A stretch of 64,000 bases of DNA from contig JBFMCP010000001.1 of NCBI GenBank assembly GCA_040754455.1, forward strand, positions 96,001 to 160,000, read 5' to 3'. Source of the stretch: Nitrospirota bacterium (GTDB taxonomy: Bacteria > Nitrospirota > Thermodesulfovibrionia > Thermodesulfovibrionales > Dissulfurispiraceae). The position numbers and the translations under genes are program-made. This document shows positions 1 through 8,827 of this stretch, in pieces. The notes beneath the pieces were generated by a model that had not been told where the DNA came from, searched no databases, and saw only the letters and a program-made list of their open reading frames with translations. Within the stretch, counting starts at the first letter, position 1. The number at the start of each line of letters is the position of its first letter.

Positions 1-1017
1 GAAGACATTCTCGACAATCTTTTTATCCGCATCGCGAATGTCCTTCCGCACCTGCATGTGACCTTGTGTCGCTGCATAAGAACCGCCCTTAACTTCAGTG
101 GTGAGGTTCTGGCCGAGAATGGCAATGCTGATCTCAGTCTTGCATGAGCTGATCAGCCGGTCATAGATATCCGATGAGCCGGAGCCGCTTCCCGATCCCT
201 TGCCCGAGCCGCCGCCGATCTCGACGCTCGAATCATCCGGCACCACCGCAATTGCATCCTGCACCATGTTCTGCAGCATATCGGCGAGCGCGTCGTATTC
301 CTTTCGATCGAGGCCCCTGGGCAGCTTGCCGATAATGAAAGGCATGCCGAATTTCTCAATGAAGGTCACCCAGAACTTATAGCCGCCTTTCTTGAAGGTC
401 ACCGGCCAGAAGCACCGGGAGAGCAGAGGAAAACCGTAAGGGTTCTCATAGGTGGCCTCGTGCCTTGCGAGGAGGAAGCGCTTTGGGGGCAGCTTCTCGC
501 CATTGATGCAATTCTCCTTGGTCCGGAGGCGCAGCTCGTTCTCTTCGCTGAAGACAAACCAGCGCTGCGGCTTGCCGACAACATCACGAGGAAGCCAGTA
601 GCTACCCTTTTCCCACATGACTTCCAGCGGCTGATAACCGAAGAGCGGAGCATTCAGTATCTCGCCGATGATGCGGTCAATGTCGAGATTTTTGAATACA
701 TCGGTGATGAGCTTGCTGGTGCGGCTCTTTGATTTGCCCCGGTCGATCTCCCACTCCAGGGACTTCACCCCGCTCTTCCGGCTCGTTACGCAGCCGCCCA
801 GGTGGGCGTCGACGAGCAGCTCGTTATAGACGTCGATGTCCTTGCCCATCTTTTTTAGTACCGGGTCCGGGTTGGGCAGGTACATCCCCAAACTGTAGAA
901 GTCGATCGACCGCTTCCTGGTCGCAACTTCCACCCCAAGATCGGCCAGCGAGCCTGCCTGCTTCTCGCTGAAATGCATAAAAGTCGTCGGATTTATCCAC
1001 AAACCCCTTTTTGGCAT
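1..1017 (-). CDS. Portal protein, Mu gp29/DUF935-like (runs off window start)
   Basis: Read manually: ATG at 1017 after AAGGAGG, open to base 1. MPKRGLWINP...LPNPDPVLKKMG...ENPYGFPLLSRCFWP...EKFGMP...ILGQNLTTE. Absent from the ORF track because it has no stop in the window. Confidence 0.9.
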   Translation of the reverse strand, partial: MPKRGLWINPTTFMHFSEKQAGSLADLGVEVATRKRSIDFYSLGMYLPNPDPVLKKMGKDIDVYNELLVDAHLGGCVTSRKSGVKSLEWEIDRGKSKSRTSKLITDVFKNLDIDRIIGEILNAPLFGYQPLEVMWEKGSYWLPRDVVGKPQRWFVFSEENELRLRTKENCINGEKLPPKRFLLARHEATYENPYGFPLLSRCFWPVTFKKGGYKFWVTFIEKFGMPFIIGKLPRGLDRKEYDALADMLQNMVQDAIAVVPDDSSVEIGGGSGKGSGSGSGSSDIYDRLISSCKTEISIAILGQNLTTEVKGGSYAATQGHMQVRKDIRDADKKIVENVF

Positions 1018-1131
1018 GCGTACCCTCCTTGAAAGCCCGTTTCTAACCCCTCCAAATCTTTTAAATTTCGCTTATCTACCCTAAACAGCTACATGGGTAG
1101 CCCCGGAGGGGGTAAGGGGCCTTAAATCGCC

Positions 1132-1335
1132 TTAAATTTGGTCCAGCTTTCCGATGCTGCGGACAAAGTCTTTCCAGAACCTTCGCCGGGCTCCCCGGTT
1201 GTACCCCATGTGCCGGAGAGAGGAGTCGATGGTTTTGATGAACTTCTGCGCATTCTCGATCCTCCGCTTGAAAAGCCTGTTTCTCAATTTCTGAATGGGC
1301 TGTTTGAAAGCGTTAATAGCCTTTAAGAATTTCAT
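1132..1335 (-). CDS. Small basic hypothetical phage protein (67 aa)
   Basis: ATG 1335 after AAAGGAG, overlapping the TerL end; MKFLKAINAF... Confidence 0.55.
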   Translation of the reverse strand: MKFLKAINAFKQPIQKLRNRLFKRRIENAQKFIKTIDSSLRHMGYNRGARRRFWKDFVRSIGKLDQI

Positions 1336-2656
1336 GAGAATCTCTCCTTTTTCCTGAAGATATATGGATAGGCCCGGTAGATTTATCCGAGGCCGCGTGA
1401 TTTGCCAGAGCGCATGCCCAGAATCTATCAGCATGGCCCCTCGCCTCGGATGCAGCGACATCGAAACGTATATTGCCGGCAGCAGTGGTCACTTTGCGGA
1501 TTGCGTGGAAGTCCTCCCTTATCTCGAGATCAGCAGGAATATACAAAAGTCTGTCCTCGATCGAGTTTTTCAGGGCGTAGCCCATGTCTTCTTTGACGGT
1601 GTTCGTAAAAGTTACGGCTTCTACCTTGTATTTGCCGAATGCGTCCTGAGCCTCTTCGCTCAACTGCATGCCGATACCAGTTGCATCGATGCAGAACCGG
1701 CGCATCCTCGGGTGCTTCAGTATTTCAAAGAGGGCGTCACGTTGCATATGGAAGGGCGTCTTCTCCATGATCTTGACCTGCCGGGTATACTTCACTGCGC
1801 CGAGCCTTTCGAGCACCCAGATTACCGAGAGGTCTTTTTTTCTGCCTATGTCCATGCCTCCGTAGAGATCGCCTGTAACAAGCTCAAGCGGCACTATGAG
1901 ATCATCCCTCTCAACGGATGAAAGCATTTCGTAGGTCATAAACGCTGATGCCTCGTCAACAGGAATGCAGCAGTATTCTTGCAGCCATGTGTTTTCATCA
2001 AAGCAGCTTTCGCGCTGCTCTTTAAGCCACGCCTCTTTTTCCTCATCGGTTGCCTTGCGCCGGAGAATCTTATCAACAAGCCCTTCCGCTACTGCAAGGT
2101 TAATATCCGTAATATGATAAGACCAGTTGAGCTTGCCCTTTTTTACGCTTTCTATGAATTTGTAATACCGGCAGTTGGTGCCGTTATGGGTTGACAGTAT
2201 GCGGAGAGGGAATCCCCAGGTGATACAAGGCCTGGCTGCAGACCAGAGAGCCTCGGCGTCTTCATGCCATGCGAACTCATCGAGGATGACCTTGCCGCCC
2301 TTAGAGCGGAAAGCCTTTGGATTGGATGAGAGGGCGTTAATCCTTCTGCCATTTGCGAAGGTAACCACATAAGCCTTTATGTCTTTCTCGGAGTCCAGGA
2401 CAACGGATCCGAGATACTGAGCGGCTTTATCAAAGAGCTTGGCCCACTTGGCGCAGTAGAGGATATATTCCCGCGCAGCAGATTCGTCTGCAGAGGAAAA
2501 CCATATATCCCATTTATCTTGGGCGCATTCGCGCACATCTTCGTATGCCTGCACATAGGTGGCACCGATACGGCGGGATTTCTCCCATATCTTTATTGGG
2601 GATTGGTCTTTGAGCCAGCGGATTTGATAGGGCAGGAAATATCTGCTTTCATTCAT
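1313..2656 (-). CDS. Terminase large subunit, Mu gp28-like
   Basis: LPYQ Q-motif, EKSRRIGAT Walker A, VILDEFAW Walker B, GMDIGRKKD and HADRFWA nuclease motifs. Confidence 0.93.
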   Translation of the reverse strand: MNESRYFLPYQIRWLKDQSPIKIWEKSRRIGATYVQAYEDVRECAQDKWDIWFSSADESAAREYILYCAKWAKLFDKAAQYLGSVVLDSEKDIKAYVVTFANGRRINALSSNPKAFRSKGGKVILDEFAWHEDAEALWSAARPCITWGFPLRILSTHNGTNCRYYKFIESVKKGKLNWSYHITDINLAVAEGLVDKILRRKATDEEKEAWLKEQRESCFDENTWLQEYCCIPVDEASAFMTYEMLSSVERDDLIVPLELVTGDLYGGMDIGRKKDLSVIWVLERLGAVKYTRQVKIMEKTPFHMQRDALFEILKHPRMRRFCIDATGIGMQLSEEAQDAFGKYKVEAVTFTNTVKEDMGYALKNSIEDRLLYIPADLEIREDFHAIRKVTTAAGNIRFDVAASEARGHADRFWACALANHAASDKSTGPIHISSGKRRDSHEILKGY

Positions 2657-3048
2657 AATAACCCCAGTTCAGTCTCTATCTCTTTAACGGCGTCTTCGGT
2701 AAGACCCTTGCGCTCTTTGGGAGTGGTCTCGTCCTCAAGCACTTTCACACCCTGATATTGCTTGAGCGCGGCGATTGCCTTAGACATTGCGTATATGTTG
2801 TGAGGAGTCGGATTTGCCTTAGCTTCTTTGATTGTCAGCCGCGCTATCTCTATTATTTCCTCATACATATCCTTAGTCTGGTTAAGGTATTCCCTTCTCT
2901 TTTCATCCCACTGCCCTGCAATCTTCCAGTTGTAAAGGGTTTTCCTCGATACCTTGCCGCCAAGGATGCCGACGATCGCATCAAGTGATAATCCTTCCTG
3001 GACATAGAGCCGTTTTGCCTCATCGTTGTAAATCGCCAGTTTAGCCAT
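2653..3048 (-). CDS. Putative terminase small subunit (HTH, DUF1804-like)
   Basis: N-terminal HTH (AKRLYVQEGLSLDAI...VSRKTLYNWK...WDEKR), directly upstream of TerL. Confidence 0.75.
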   Translation of the reverse strand: MAKLAIYNDEAKRLYVQEGLSLDAIVGILGGKVSRKTLYNWKIAGQWDEKRREYLNQTKDMYEEIIEIARLTIKEAKANPTPHNIYAMSKAIAALKQYQGVKVLEDETTPKERKGLTEDAVKEIETELGLL

Positions 3049-3295
3049 TGAGGTCCTTCTCCATCCGGGCGATCTGAGCCTTCAGCTCCTTCGCTTCGGT
3101 CCAGAGTCGATTGAAGTCGTTGATGATCACTACAGCCCGGTCGATATCGAGCTGTGTGAAATCTTCGGTATAGGGGTCGAAGATGTCGCGCAGGATGATT
3201 ATGTAAGAGTCAGCCCTCATTGTCATCTCTTCGAGCTGTTTCTTTTTGTCGGTGAGGCGGGCCTTGCAGATAAGGATATCTTTTCCCAGGCTCAT
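3041..3295 (-). CDS. Hypothetical phage protein (coiled coil)
   Basis: 84-aa ORF overlapping both neighbours. Confidence 0.7.
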   Translation of the reverse strand: MSLGKDILICKARLTDKKKQLEEMTMRADSYIIILRDIFDPYTEDFTQLDIDRAVVIINDFNRLWTEAKELKAQIARMEKDLNG

Positions 3296-3615
3296 TCTTT
3301 CACCTCCAGCGTGAACTTCTTACCGGTCATAAGGATGGGGCATTGCGCGGGCGTATCGAGTTTTATGGATAGGCGGTCAAGAATGCCTGCGAGCTGCAGC
3401 TTGTAATCCTGCTCATCCTTGAGAAACTGCAAGAGCTGCTCATTCATCTTAGCGTTCTTGTCAAACGCCTCGGCACTTTGGGAAAGCGACTGTTGAAGAA
3501 ACGCCTCCGTCTGCTTACTCGACTTCGTAAAGGTGAAATACCAGATAATGAAAACGACTATGGCGACGCCGCCCTGGATGACAAACTGCAAGATTTCTTT
3601 CAGCCCCAGATCCAT
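3292..3615 (-). CDS. Single-TM phage membrane protein with coiled coil
   Basis: GGAGG upstream; hydrophobic GGVAIVVFIIWYFTF; first gene of the leftward unit. Confidence 0.7.
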   Translation of the reverse strand: MDLGLKEILQFVIQGGVAIVVFIIWYFTFTKSSKQTEAFLQQSLSQSAEAFDKNAKMNEQLLQFLKDEQDYKLQLAGILDRLSIKLDTPAQCPILMTGKKFTLEVKE

Positions 3616-3790
3616 CGAAAAACCTCCATCCGGTTTTTGAGTCCATCTTATCTTTTGATCTTCATTATTTAATATCGATTAAGTCGGTAACACTCCCCGA
3701 TATCGCTCCGGTAAACTGAAGCCAGATTGAAGAAAAAAAACGGGGTCCCCGGAAAGTCGCAGACTTTTGGGGGCTCAGAAAGGAGGTTAT

Positions 3791-4867
3791 ATGCCGAAGT
3801 GGATTGCGATCATGAGGACCGGCACCTTCACGGATTCAGAAGGCAAAGAGCATAACTTTACAGAAAAGGATCTCGATGCCATCGTCGCAAAGTATAACCC
3901 GAAATTCCATGAGGCTCCAGAGGTGATCGGGCATCCTAAAAGTAACAGCCCCGCCTATGGCTGGGTCAAGGCCCTGAAGCGCGAAGGCGACACGCTTTTC
4001 TATGAGCCCCGGGATCGTGTAGCCGAGTTCCAGGAGATGCTCGACAAAAAGATGTTCAAAAAGCGGTCGGTCCGGCTTAATTCCAAAATCGGCCTGGTGC
4101 ATGTCGGCTGGCTCGGCGCGATGCCGCCTGCGATCAAAGGGCTTCCGGATGTTGCTTTCAATGATGATGAGGACGGGATCACCTTCGAATTTGCTGAATA
4201 CCGCTTCCCGATGATCGGACGGATGTTCCAGAAGGTCAGGGAATTCATTATCGAAAAGTTTGGCACCGAGACAGCGGACAAGATCATTCCCAGTTGGGAG
4301 ATCGAAGACTTGCAGCGCATGGAGCCCGAAACGGTTTCATCTGCTGCATTCAGTGAACCATCAACAAAAGGAGGCGAAATGCCAACAGAAAGGGAAAAGC
4401 AACTGGAAGAGCAGCTCGCGGAGGAGCGGCGGAAAAGCGCCGATTTTTCCGAGCAGCTCAAAGCGGCTAACCAGAGGGCGGCTGCTCTTGAAGCTGAAAA
4501 CAGAAGGAGAGATTTTTCATCTTTCTGCGAAGGCCTCACCAAGGAAGGCAAGCTGCCTCCTGCGGTAGTGCCTGTAGTGCTCGACTTCATGGAGATCCTC
4601 TCCGGCGTCGAGACGTTCGACTTCGCTGAGGGCGAGGGCAAGAAGGCGGCCAAACCGGTCGATGTCTTCAAAACATTCCTCGGCGGCCTCGGCAAGGTCA
4701 TCGAATTCGGCGAGTACGCCACAAAGACCAAAACCGGCGACGCAGGAAATAAGGATCGTGAAGAGCTCATCAGCGACTTCATGGCTAAAAACAAGGACGC
4801 TTCCTACAAAGAGGCCGTGCTCGCGGTTTCGAAGGAGCATCCTGAATTATTCAAAGAGGAGGTATAA
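3791..4867 (+). CDS. Prohead protease/scaffold, Mu gpI-like
   Basis: ATG 3791 after AGGAGG; GHP...PAYGWV, KRSV, LVHVGWLGAMPPAIKGL protease motifs; helical C-terminal half. Confidence 0.9.
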   Translation: MPKWIAIMRTGTFTDSEGKEHNFTEKDLDAIVAKYNPKFHEAPEVIGHPKSNSPAYGWVKALKREGDTLFYEPRDRVAEFQEMLDKKMFKKRSVRLNSKIGLVHVGWLGAMPPAIKGLPDVAFNDDEDGITFEFAEYRFPMIGRMFQKVREFIIEKFGTETADKIIPSWEIEDLQRMEPETVSSAAFSEPSTKGGEMPTEREKQLEEQLAEERRKSADFSEQLKAANQRAAALEAENRRRDFSSFCEGLTKEGKLPPAVVPVVLDFMEILSGVETFDFAEGEGKKAAKPVDVFKTFLGGLGKVIEFGEYATKTKTGDAGNKDREELISDFMAKNKDASYKEAVLAVSKEHPELFKEEV

Positions 4868-4873
4868 CGCGAT

Positions 4874-5254
4874 ATGATGGGGCAAACATCAGGTATCGAG
4901 AAGTCTGCCAAGTGTACAGCGGCGGTGACGGCGTTCACCATTGCCAAGTTCGGCGCCGATGATGACACCTTGTCGGCAGCCACAGCCTCGACGGAGAATC
5001 TTATAGGTATCTTCCAGCACGACACAGCAGCTGCCGGCGACGAGGTGAGGGTAATGCTGACCGGCGTCAGCAAGGTCGTGCTCGGCGGAACGGTCGCGAG
5101 AGGCGACTGGCTCACCTCTGATGCCAATGCTCATGCGGTCGCTATCGGAGCAGTGGCAGGCACTAACTACAACTCAATCGGCCGTGCGCTTGCCTCGGGT
5201 GTGGCGGGAGACATCATCCCCGTGCTGCTCGCACCCGGCAGGCCGCAGGGATAA
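4874..5254 (+). CDS. Capsid decoration/cement protein (DUF2190-like)
   Basis: Gly/Ala-rich 126 aa ending GRALASGVAGDIIPVLL; lies between protease and capsid genes. Confidence 0.78.
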   Translation: MMGQTSGIEKSAKCTAAVTAFTIAKFGADDDTLSAATASTENLIGIFQHDTAAAGDEVRVMLTGVSKVVLGGTVARGDWLTSDANAHAVAIGAVAGTNYNSIGRALASGVAGDIIPVLLAPGRPQG

Positions 5255-5275
5255 TCCAAAAGGAGGGATACCGTA

Positions 5276-6214
5276 ATGCCGGAACCAAGAACGCTGCATA
5301 TAGACAGCACACTTTCAAGCCTCTCGTTGAAATACCGCAACGAGCAAATGATCTGGCCGCTCGTCTTGCCTATAGTCAAGGTGAACAAGCGGTCGGACAA
5401 ATTCATGGTGTACAACAAAGCGGACAGCTACAAGCTGGTCGATGACAAGATCGGTCCGAAGTCTTTGCCGAATGAAGTCGACTGGGGTGTAACAACCAGC
5501 AATTACTCGGTGAAGGATCACGCCCTGGGCGACTGGCTGCCGCAGGAGGATATCGACAATGCGGACAATCCGCTCCAGCCTGAAGTCGATACCAATGACT
5601 TTCTCAATTTGCTCCTCGACATCGCGCAGGAGCAAAGAGTAGCGTCCCTGGTGTTCAACGCCGCCAATTATCCCACCGGCAACAAGGTGACTCTTTCGGG
5701 TACGGGGCAGTGGGGCCAGTCGGCGGACGATCCAATCGGAAACCTCATTACCGCGATCGAGTCGTGTTTCGTTCGCGCAAACACACTCGTCATAGGGGCA
5801 GACGCCTGGATGGTGCTCCGCAAGCTTCCTGAGATGCTCGATGCCGTGAAAGGGTCTTCGCGCTACCAGGGATCTCCCGGAGGCCTTGTAACACCTTCCG
5901 AGCTGGCCGGCCTGCTCGAAATCGACAATGTCCTCATCGGCAGAGGGCGGTACATTTCCTCGAAAGAGGGTCAGACGCCGACCTATACCCGCCTCTGGGG
6001 CAAACATGCAGCTGCGCTCTATGTGGAGAAAAATCCCGGAGTCAAGTCGATCACCTTCGGCGTAACCTTTAGCGAGATGCTCAGACAGACATCGCGGGAG
6101 TTCGATGTAAAACGCGGCGTGAAAGGTGCGCACTACATCAAATGCGCATGGAACTCCGACGAGAAGATCGTAGCCCCGGACCTGGGCTACATGATCGAAA
6201 ATGCAGTGCCGTAA
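5276..6214 (+). CDS. Major capsid protein
   Basis: 312 aa, strong RBS, position in the head module, HK97/lambda-E-like sequence character. Confidence 0.82.
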   Translation: MPEPRTLHIDSTLSSLSLKYRNEQMIWPLVLPIVKVNKRSDKFMVYNKADSYKLVDDKIGPKSLPNEVDWGVTTSNYSVKDHALGDWLPQEDIDNADNPLQPEVDTNDFLNLLLDIAQEQRVASLVFNAANYPTGNKVTLSGTGQWGQSADDPIGNLITAIESCFVRANTLVIGADAWMVLRKLPEMLDAVKGSSRYQGSPGGLVTPSELAGLLEIDNVLIGRGRYISSKEGQTPTYTRLWGKHAAALYVEKNPGVKSITFGVTFSEMLRQTSREFDVKRGVKGAHYIKCAWNSDEKIVAPDLGYMIENAVP

Positions 6215-6236
6215 GAAATCGTTAAATCTTAATTGA

Positions 6237-6259
6237 GGGGGCGGTACATAGCCGCCCCC
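6237..6259 (+). other. GC stem-loop after the capsid gene (mRNA stabiliser or partial terminator)
   Basis: GGGGGCGG-tacatag-CCGCCCCC with no U-tract. Confidence 0.55.
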
Positions 6260-6283
6260 ATCATAAACATTGAGGGAGGAACA

Positions 6284-6454
6284 ATGCCGAAGTACATAGT
6301 CGAAGATACGCATATCATGCACGGCTCCAAGGGTGCCAAAGAAGCAAAGATGTATGCGCCCGGAGATGAAATCGAGCTGACTGAGGAAGAGGCCGCAGCG
6401 CTCGGATCGCGTGTCAAGCCTGCTCCTGAGCCTGAGAAGAAGGAAAAGAAGTAA
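6284..6454 (+). CDS. Small head-associated protein (Mu gp35 position)
   Basis: ATG 6284 after GGAGG; YAPGDEIELTEEEAAAL; stop overlaps the next ATG. Confidence 0.7.
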   Translation: MPKYIVEDTHIMHGSKGAKEAKMYAPGDEIELTEEEAAALGSRVKPAPEPEKKEKK

Positions 6455-6882
6455 TGCCTTACTGCACGCTTGACGACATCAAGAAGGCTATCCCCGAGAG
6501 CAACATCATCCAGCTCACGGATGATAACGGCCTCGGGGCGGTCGATCAGGCCAAGGTCGACGATGCCATTGCTTATGCGGACCAGATCATTGACGGCTAT
6601 CTGAGGGGGAGATATACGCTCCCCCTCTCCTCAGTACCCGGCCTCATAGGCAAGCTGTCGGTCGACCTGGCCATCTTCCATCTCTACGGAAGGAAGTTCG
6701 AGATGGAGCTGCCCGAGGGCATCATGGCGCGCTACAAGAACGCGATCAAGCTCCTGGAGCAAATACAGAAGGGGCTGCTGTCCCTGGGTATAGAGTCATC
6801 GAGCACCGAAGCCGGTCACTACAAGACCAACAAAACATCAGAAGACAGGACCTTCAGTAAAGATGTCCTGGATGCCTACTGA
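6454..6882 (+). CDS. Head-tail adaptor, Mu gp36/DUF1320-like
   Basis: MPYCTLDD...IDGYLRGRYTLPL...DLAIFHLY...RYKNAIKLLEQIQKG. Confidence 0.9.
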   Translation: MPYCTLDDIKKAIPESNIIQLTDDNGLGAVDQAKVDDAIAYADQIIDGYLRGRYTLPLSSVPGLIGKLSVDLAIFHLYGRKFEMELPEGIMARYKNAIKLLEQIQKGLLSLGIESSSTEAGHYKTNKTSEDRTFSKDVLDAY

Positions 6883-6896
6883 ACAGGAGGGATATC

Positions 6897-7379
6897 ATGG
6901 CCAGCAGGCGGATAGACGATCTTCACCCCTCAGTGCAGAAAAGGGCGGTCTTGCTGCTCGACAGGTGTGCTGAGCAGGGCATACAGGTAATCCTTATCTG
7001 CACCCAGCGGGACATGAAAGAGCAAGCCGCATTGTACGCACAGGGGCGGGAAGAGATAGCAAAGGTCAATGCACTCAGGGCAGTTGCCGGAATGGCCCCT
7101 CTCAAGAGCATTACAGAGAACAGGATCGTCACTAATGCAAAGCCGGGCGATTCACTCCACAATTACGGCCTTGCCTTCGACGTTGTCCCTCTGGAGGCAG
7201 GAAAGCCCATATGGGATTCAGGGCACCCCGTATGGCAGACCATCGGCAAGATAGGGAAAGAGTGCGGGCTTGAATGGGCGGGAGACTGGAAGAGGTTTAA
7301 AGAGTTTCCGCATTTCCAGTATACGGGCGGTCTTTCGCTCGCCCAGGTCAGACAGGGGCAGAGGCCCGAAAACGCATAG
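6897..7379 (+). CDS. Endolysin, M15 family (L-Ala-D-Glu-type) peptidase
   Basis: R..EQAALYAQGR, SLHNYGLAFD, WAGDW...EFPHFQ. Confidence 0.9.
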   Translation: MASRRIDDLHPSVQKRAVLLLDRCAEQGIQVILICTQRDMKEQAALYAQGREEIAKVNALRAVAGMAPLKSITENRIVTNAKPGDSLHNYGLAFDVVPLEAGKPIWDSGHPVWQTIGKIGKECGLEWAGDWKRFKEFPHFQYTGGLSLAQVRQGQRPENA

Positions 7380-7390
7380 GGGGGGGAACT

Positions 7391-7846
7391 ATGAGCTTAT
7401 TGAGTGCGATACCGGTGATAGGCGGACTTGTTGAGAAGGCATTCGGCATTATCGACAAGGCCGTCGAGGATAAGGACCTTGCAAACAAGATCAAGCAGGA
7501 AATCCAGATGACGGCCATGAATCACGACTACAGCGCATACGAAAAAGAGCTGGAGGCGAAAGCAGCAGCCCTCGTTGGTGAGATCAAGGGGCAGTCATGG
7601 CTTCAGAGAAACTGGAGGCCAGTGCTCATGCTCACCTTCACCTACATTATCGCCCACAATTACATACTTGCGCCGATCATCAGGATGTTCAGCTTCGGCG
7701 CCGGTATGCCGGTCCTTGAGATTCCTCCTGACATGTGGGACCTGCTGAAGCTTGGCATAGGCGGATATATTGTGGGCAGGTCGGCGGAAAAGATTGTCAA
7801 AGACTATCGAGGGCAGGGGGTGAGTCATGATTCAAGCAGGCGATAA
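7391..7846 (+). CDS. Holin, GTA/3TM type
   Basis: SWLQRNWRP, LLKLGIGGYIVGRSAEK; follows the endolysin. Confidence 0.85.
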   Translation: MSLLSAIPVIGGLVEKAFGIIDKAVEDKDLANKIKQEIQMTAMNHDYSAYEKELEAKAAALVGEIKGQSWLQRNWRPVLMLTFTYIIAHNYILAPIIRMFSFGAGMPVLEIPPDMWDLLKLGIGGYIVGRSAEKIVKDYRGQGVSHDSSRR

Positions 7847-8348
7847 GATTCTGGTTAAACCGCTCAGGAACATCATATCGGAGATCATCTCCGGCAAGGT
7901 GAATTCGCTCTACTCTCATGTAGAGCCGATCGTTGATAGCAGGGGGGGCGCTCTCGATTGCACATTTCCCAGAAACCGCATCAAGAGCATCTCTCAATAT
8001 TTTCACGGGAAGCACAGAGTACTCATCATCAGACCAGCGAAGCCGTACACCGCTGAGGAGTTGCTCGCCTGGACTGCAAAGGCGCTTGAAAAGGATGGCA
8101 CGTTCTATGATCTCTTCCGCCTCTGCTCTGCGCTCAATAACAAGCGCTGGAAAATGCGCCGGAATATGTGGGCCTGCGATACCGCCACCATGGATTGCGA
8201 TAAAGCAATCGGGCGGCATACCTGGGCGGAGTTCCCGTTTGTGAGTTATGAGATGTACCATATCCTCGCCCGTGAGGGCATCTATAAGATCGTGTATCAG
8301 GCCGAGCGTCCGACGATGGGCGATTTCCAGAAACTGGTGAGGGGGTAA
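7827..8348 (+). CDS. Permuted papain-like (YiiX/YebB NlpC/P60) protein
   Basis: GDKILV...YSHV (His precedes Cys), GTFYD, WACD. Confidence 0.65.
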   Translation: MIQAGDKILVKPLRNIISEIISGKVNSLYSHVEPIVDSRGGALDCTFPRNRIKSISQYFHGKHRVLIIRPAKPYTAEELLAWTAKALEKDGTFYDLFRLCSALNNKRWKMRRNMWACDTATMDCDKAIGRHTWAEFPFVSYEMYHILAREGIYKIVYQAERPTMGDFQKLVRG

Positions 8349-8350
8349 GT

Positions 8351-8827
8351 ATGGCACGGGTGCTGACAAAGTTCGGATTCAGGCGGCTTTTCACCATCGA
8401 GGAGCGGGCAGGCATCACCGCGGCCGCGGCGAGCGATGTGGTGCTCAAGACCATTATGGATGACCTGGCCTTTTCCGACGAGGTGGACCTCGACGATCCT
8501 GCAACGATCGAAGGCGTGAATTATCTCGTTGCCGGCGGGCTCATCACCGCAGAGCGGGCAGCAGCGATCCTTGCCACGCCTGCACCGGCAGCGCTCGAAC
8601 CGGTGATCAATTACACGGTAACCGTCAAGGCCCAGGCCGATATTACGCTGCAAAACAAATGGGGCGCTGTCGAGCGTCCCTGGGGATATGAAGTAAGGGC
8701 GGATTTCCGCAACGAGGCAACCGGCGAGGTGATCAATGAAGTGATAACCTTCCCTGCAGTTCCTACGGATGCAGAAGTAAACACAAAGATCACTGAAATC
8801 ATTAATCGTCTGAGGACCAATGGCTAA
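8351..8827 (+). CDS. Hypothetical virion-associated protein
   Basis: 158-aa ORF coupled to the next gene. Confidence 0.7.
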   Translation: MARVLTKFGFRRLFTIEERAGITAAAASDVVLKTIMDDLAFSDEVDLDDPATIEGVNYLVAGGLITAERAAAILATPAPAALEPVINYTVTVKAQADITLQNKWGAVERPWGYEVRADFRNEATGEVINEVITFPAVPTDAEVNTKITEIINRLRTNG

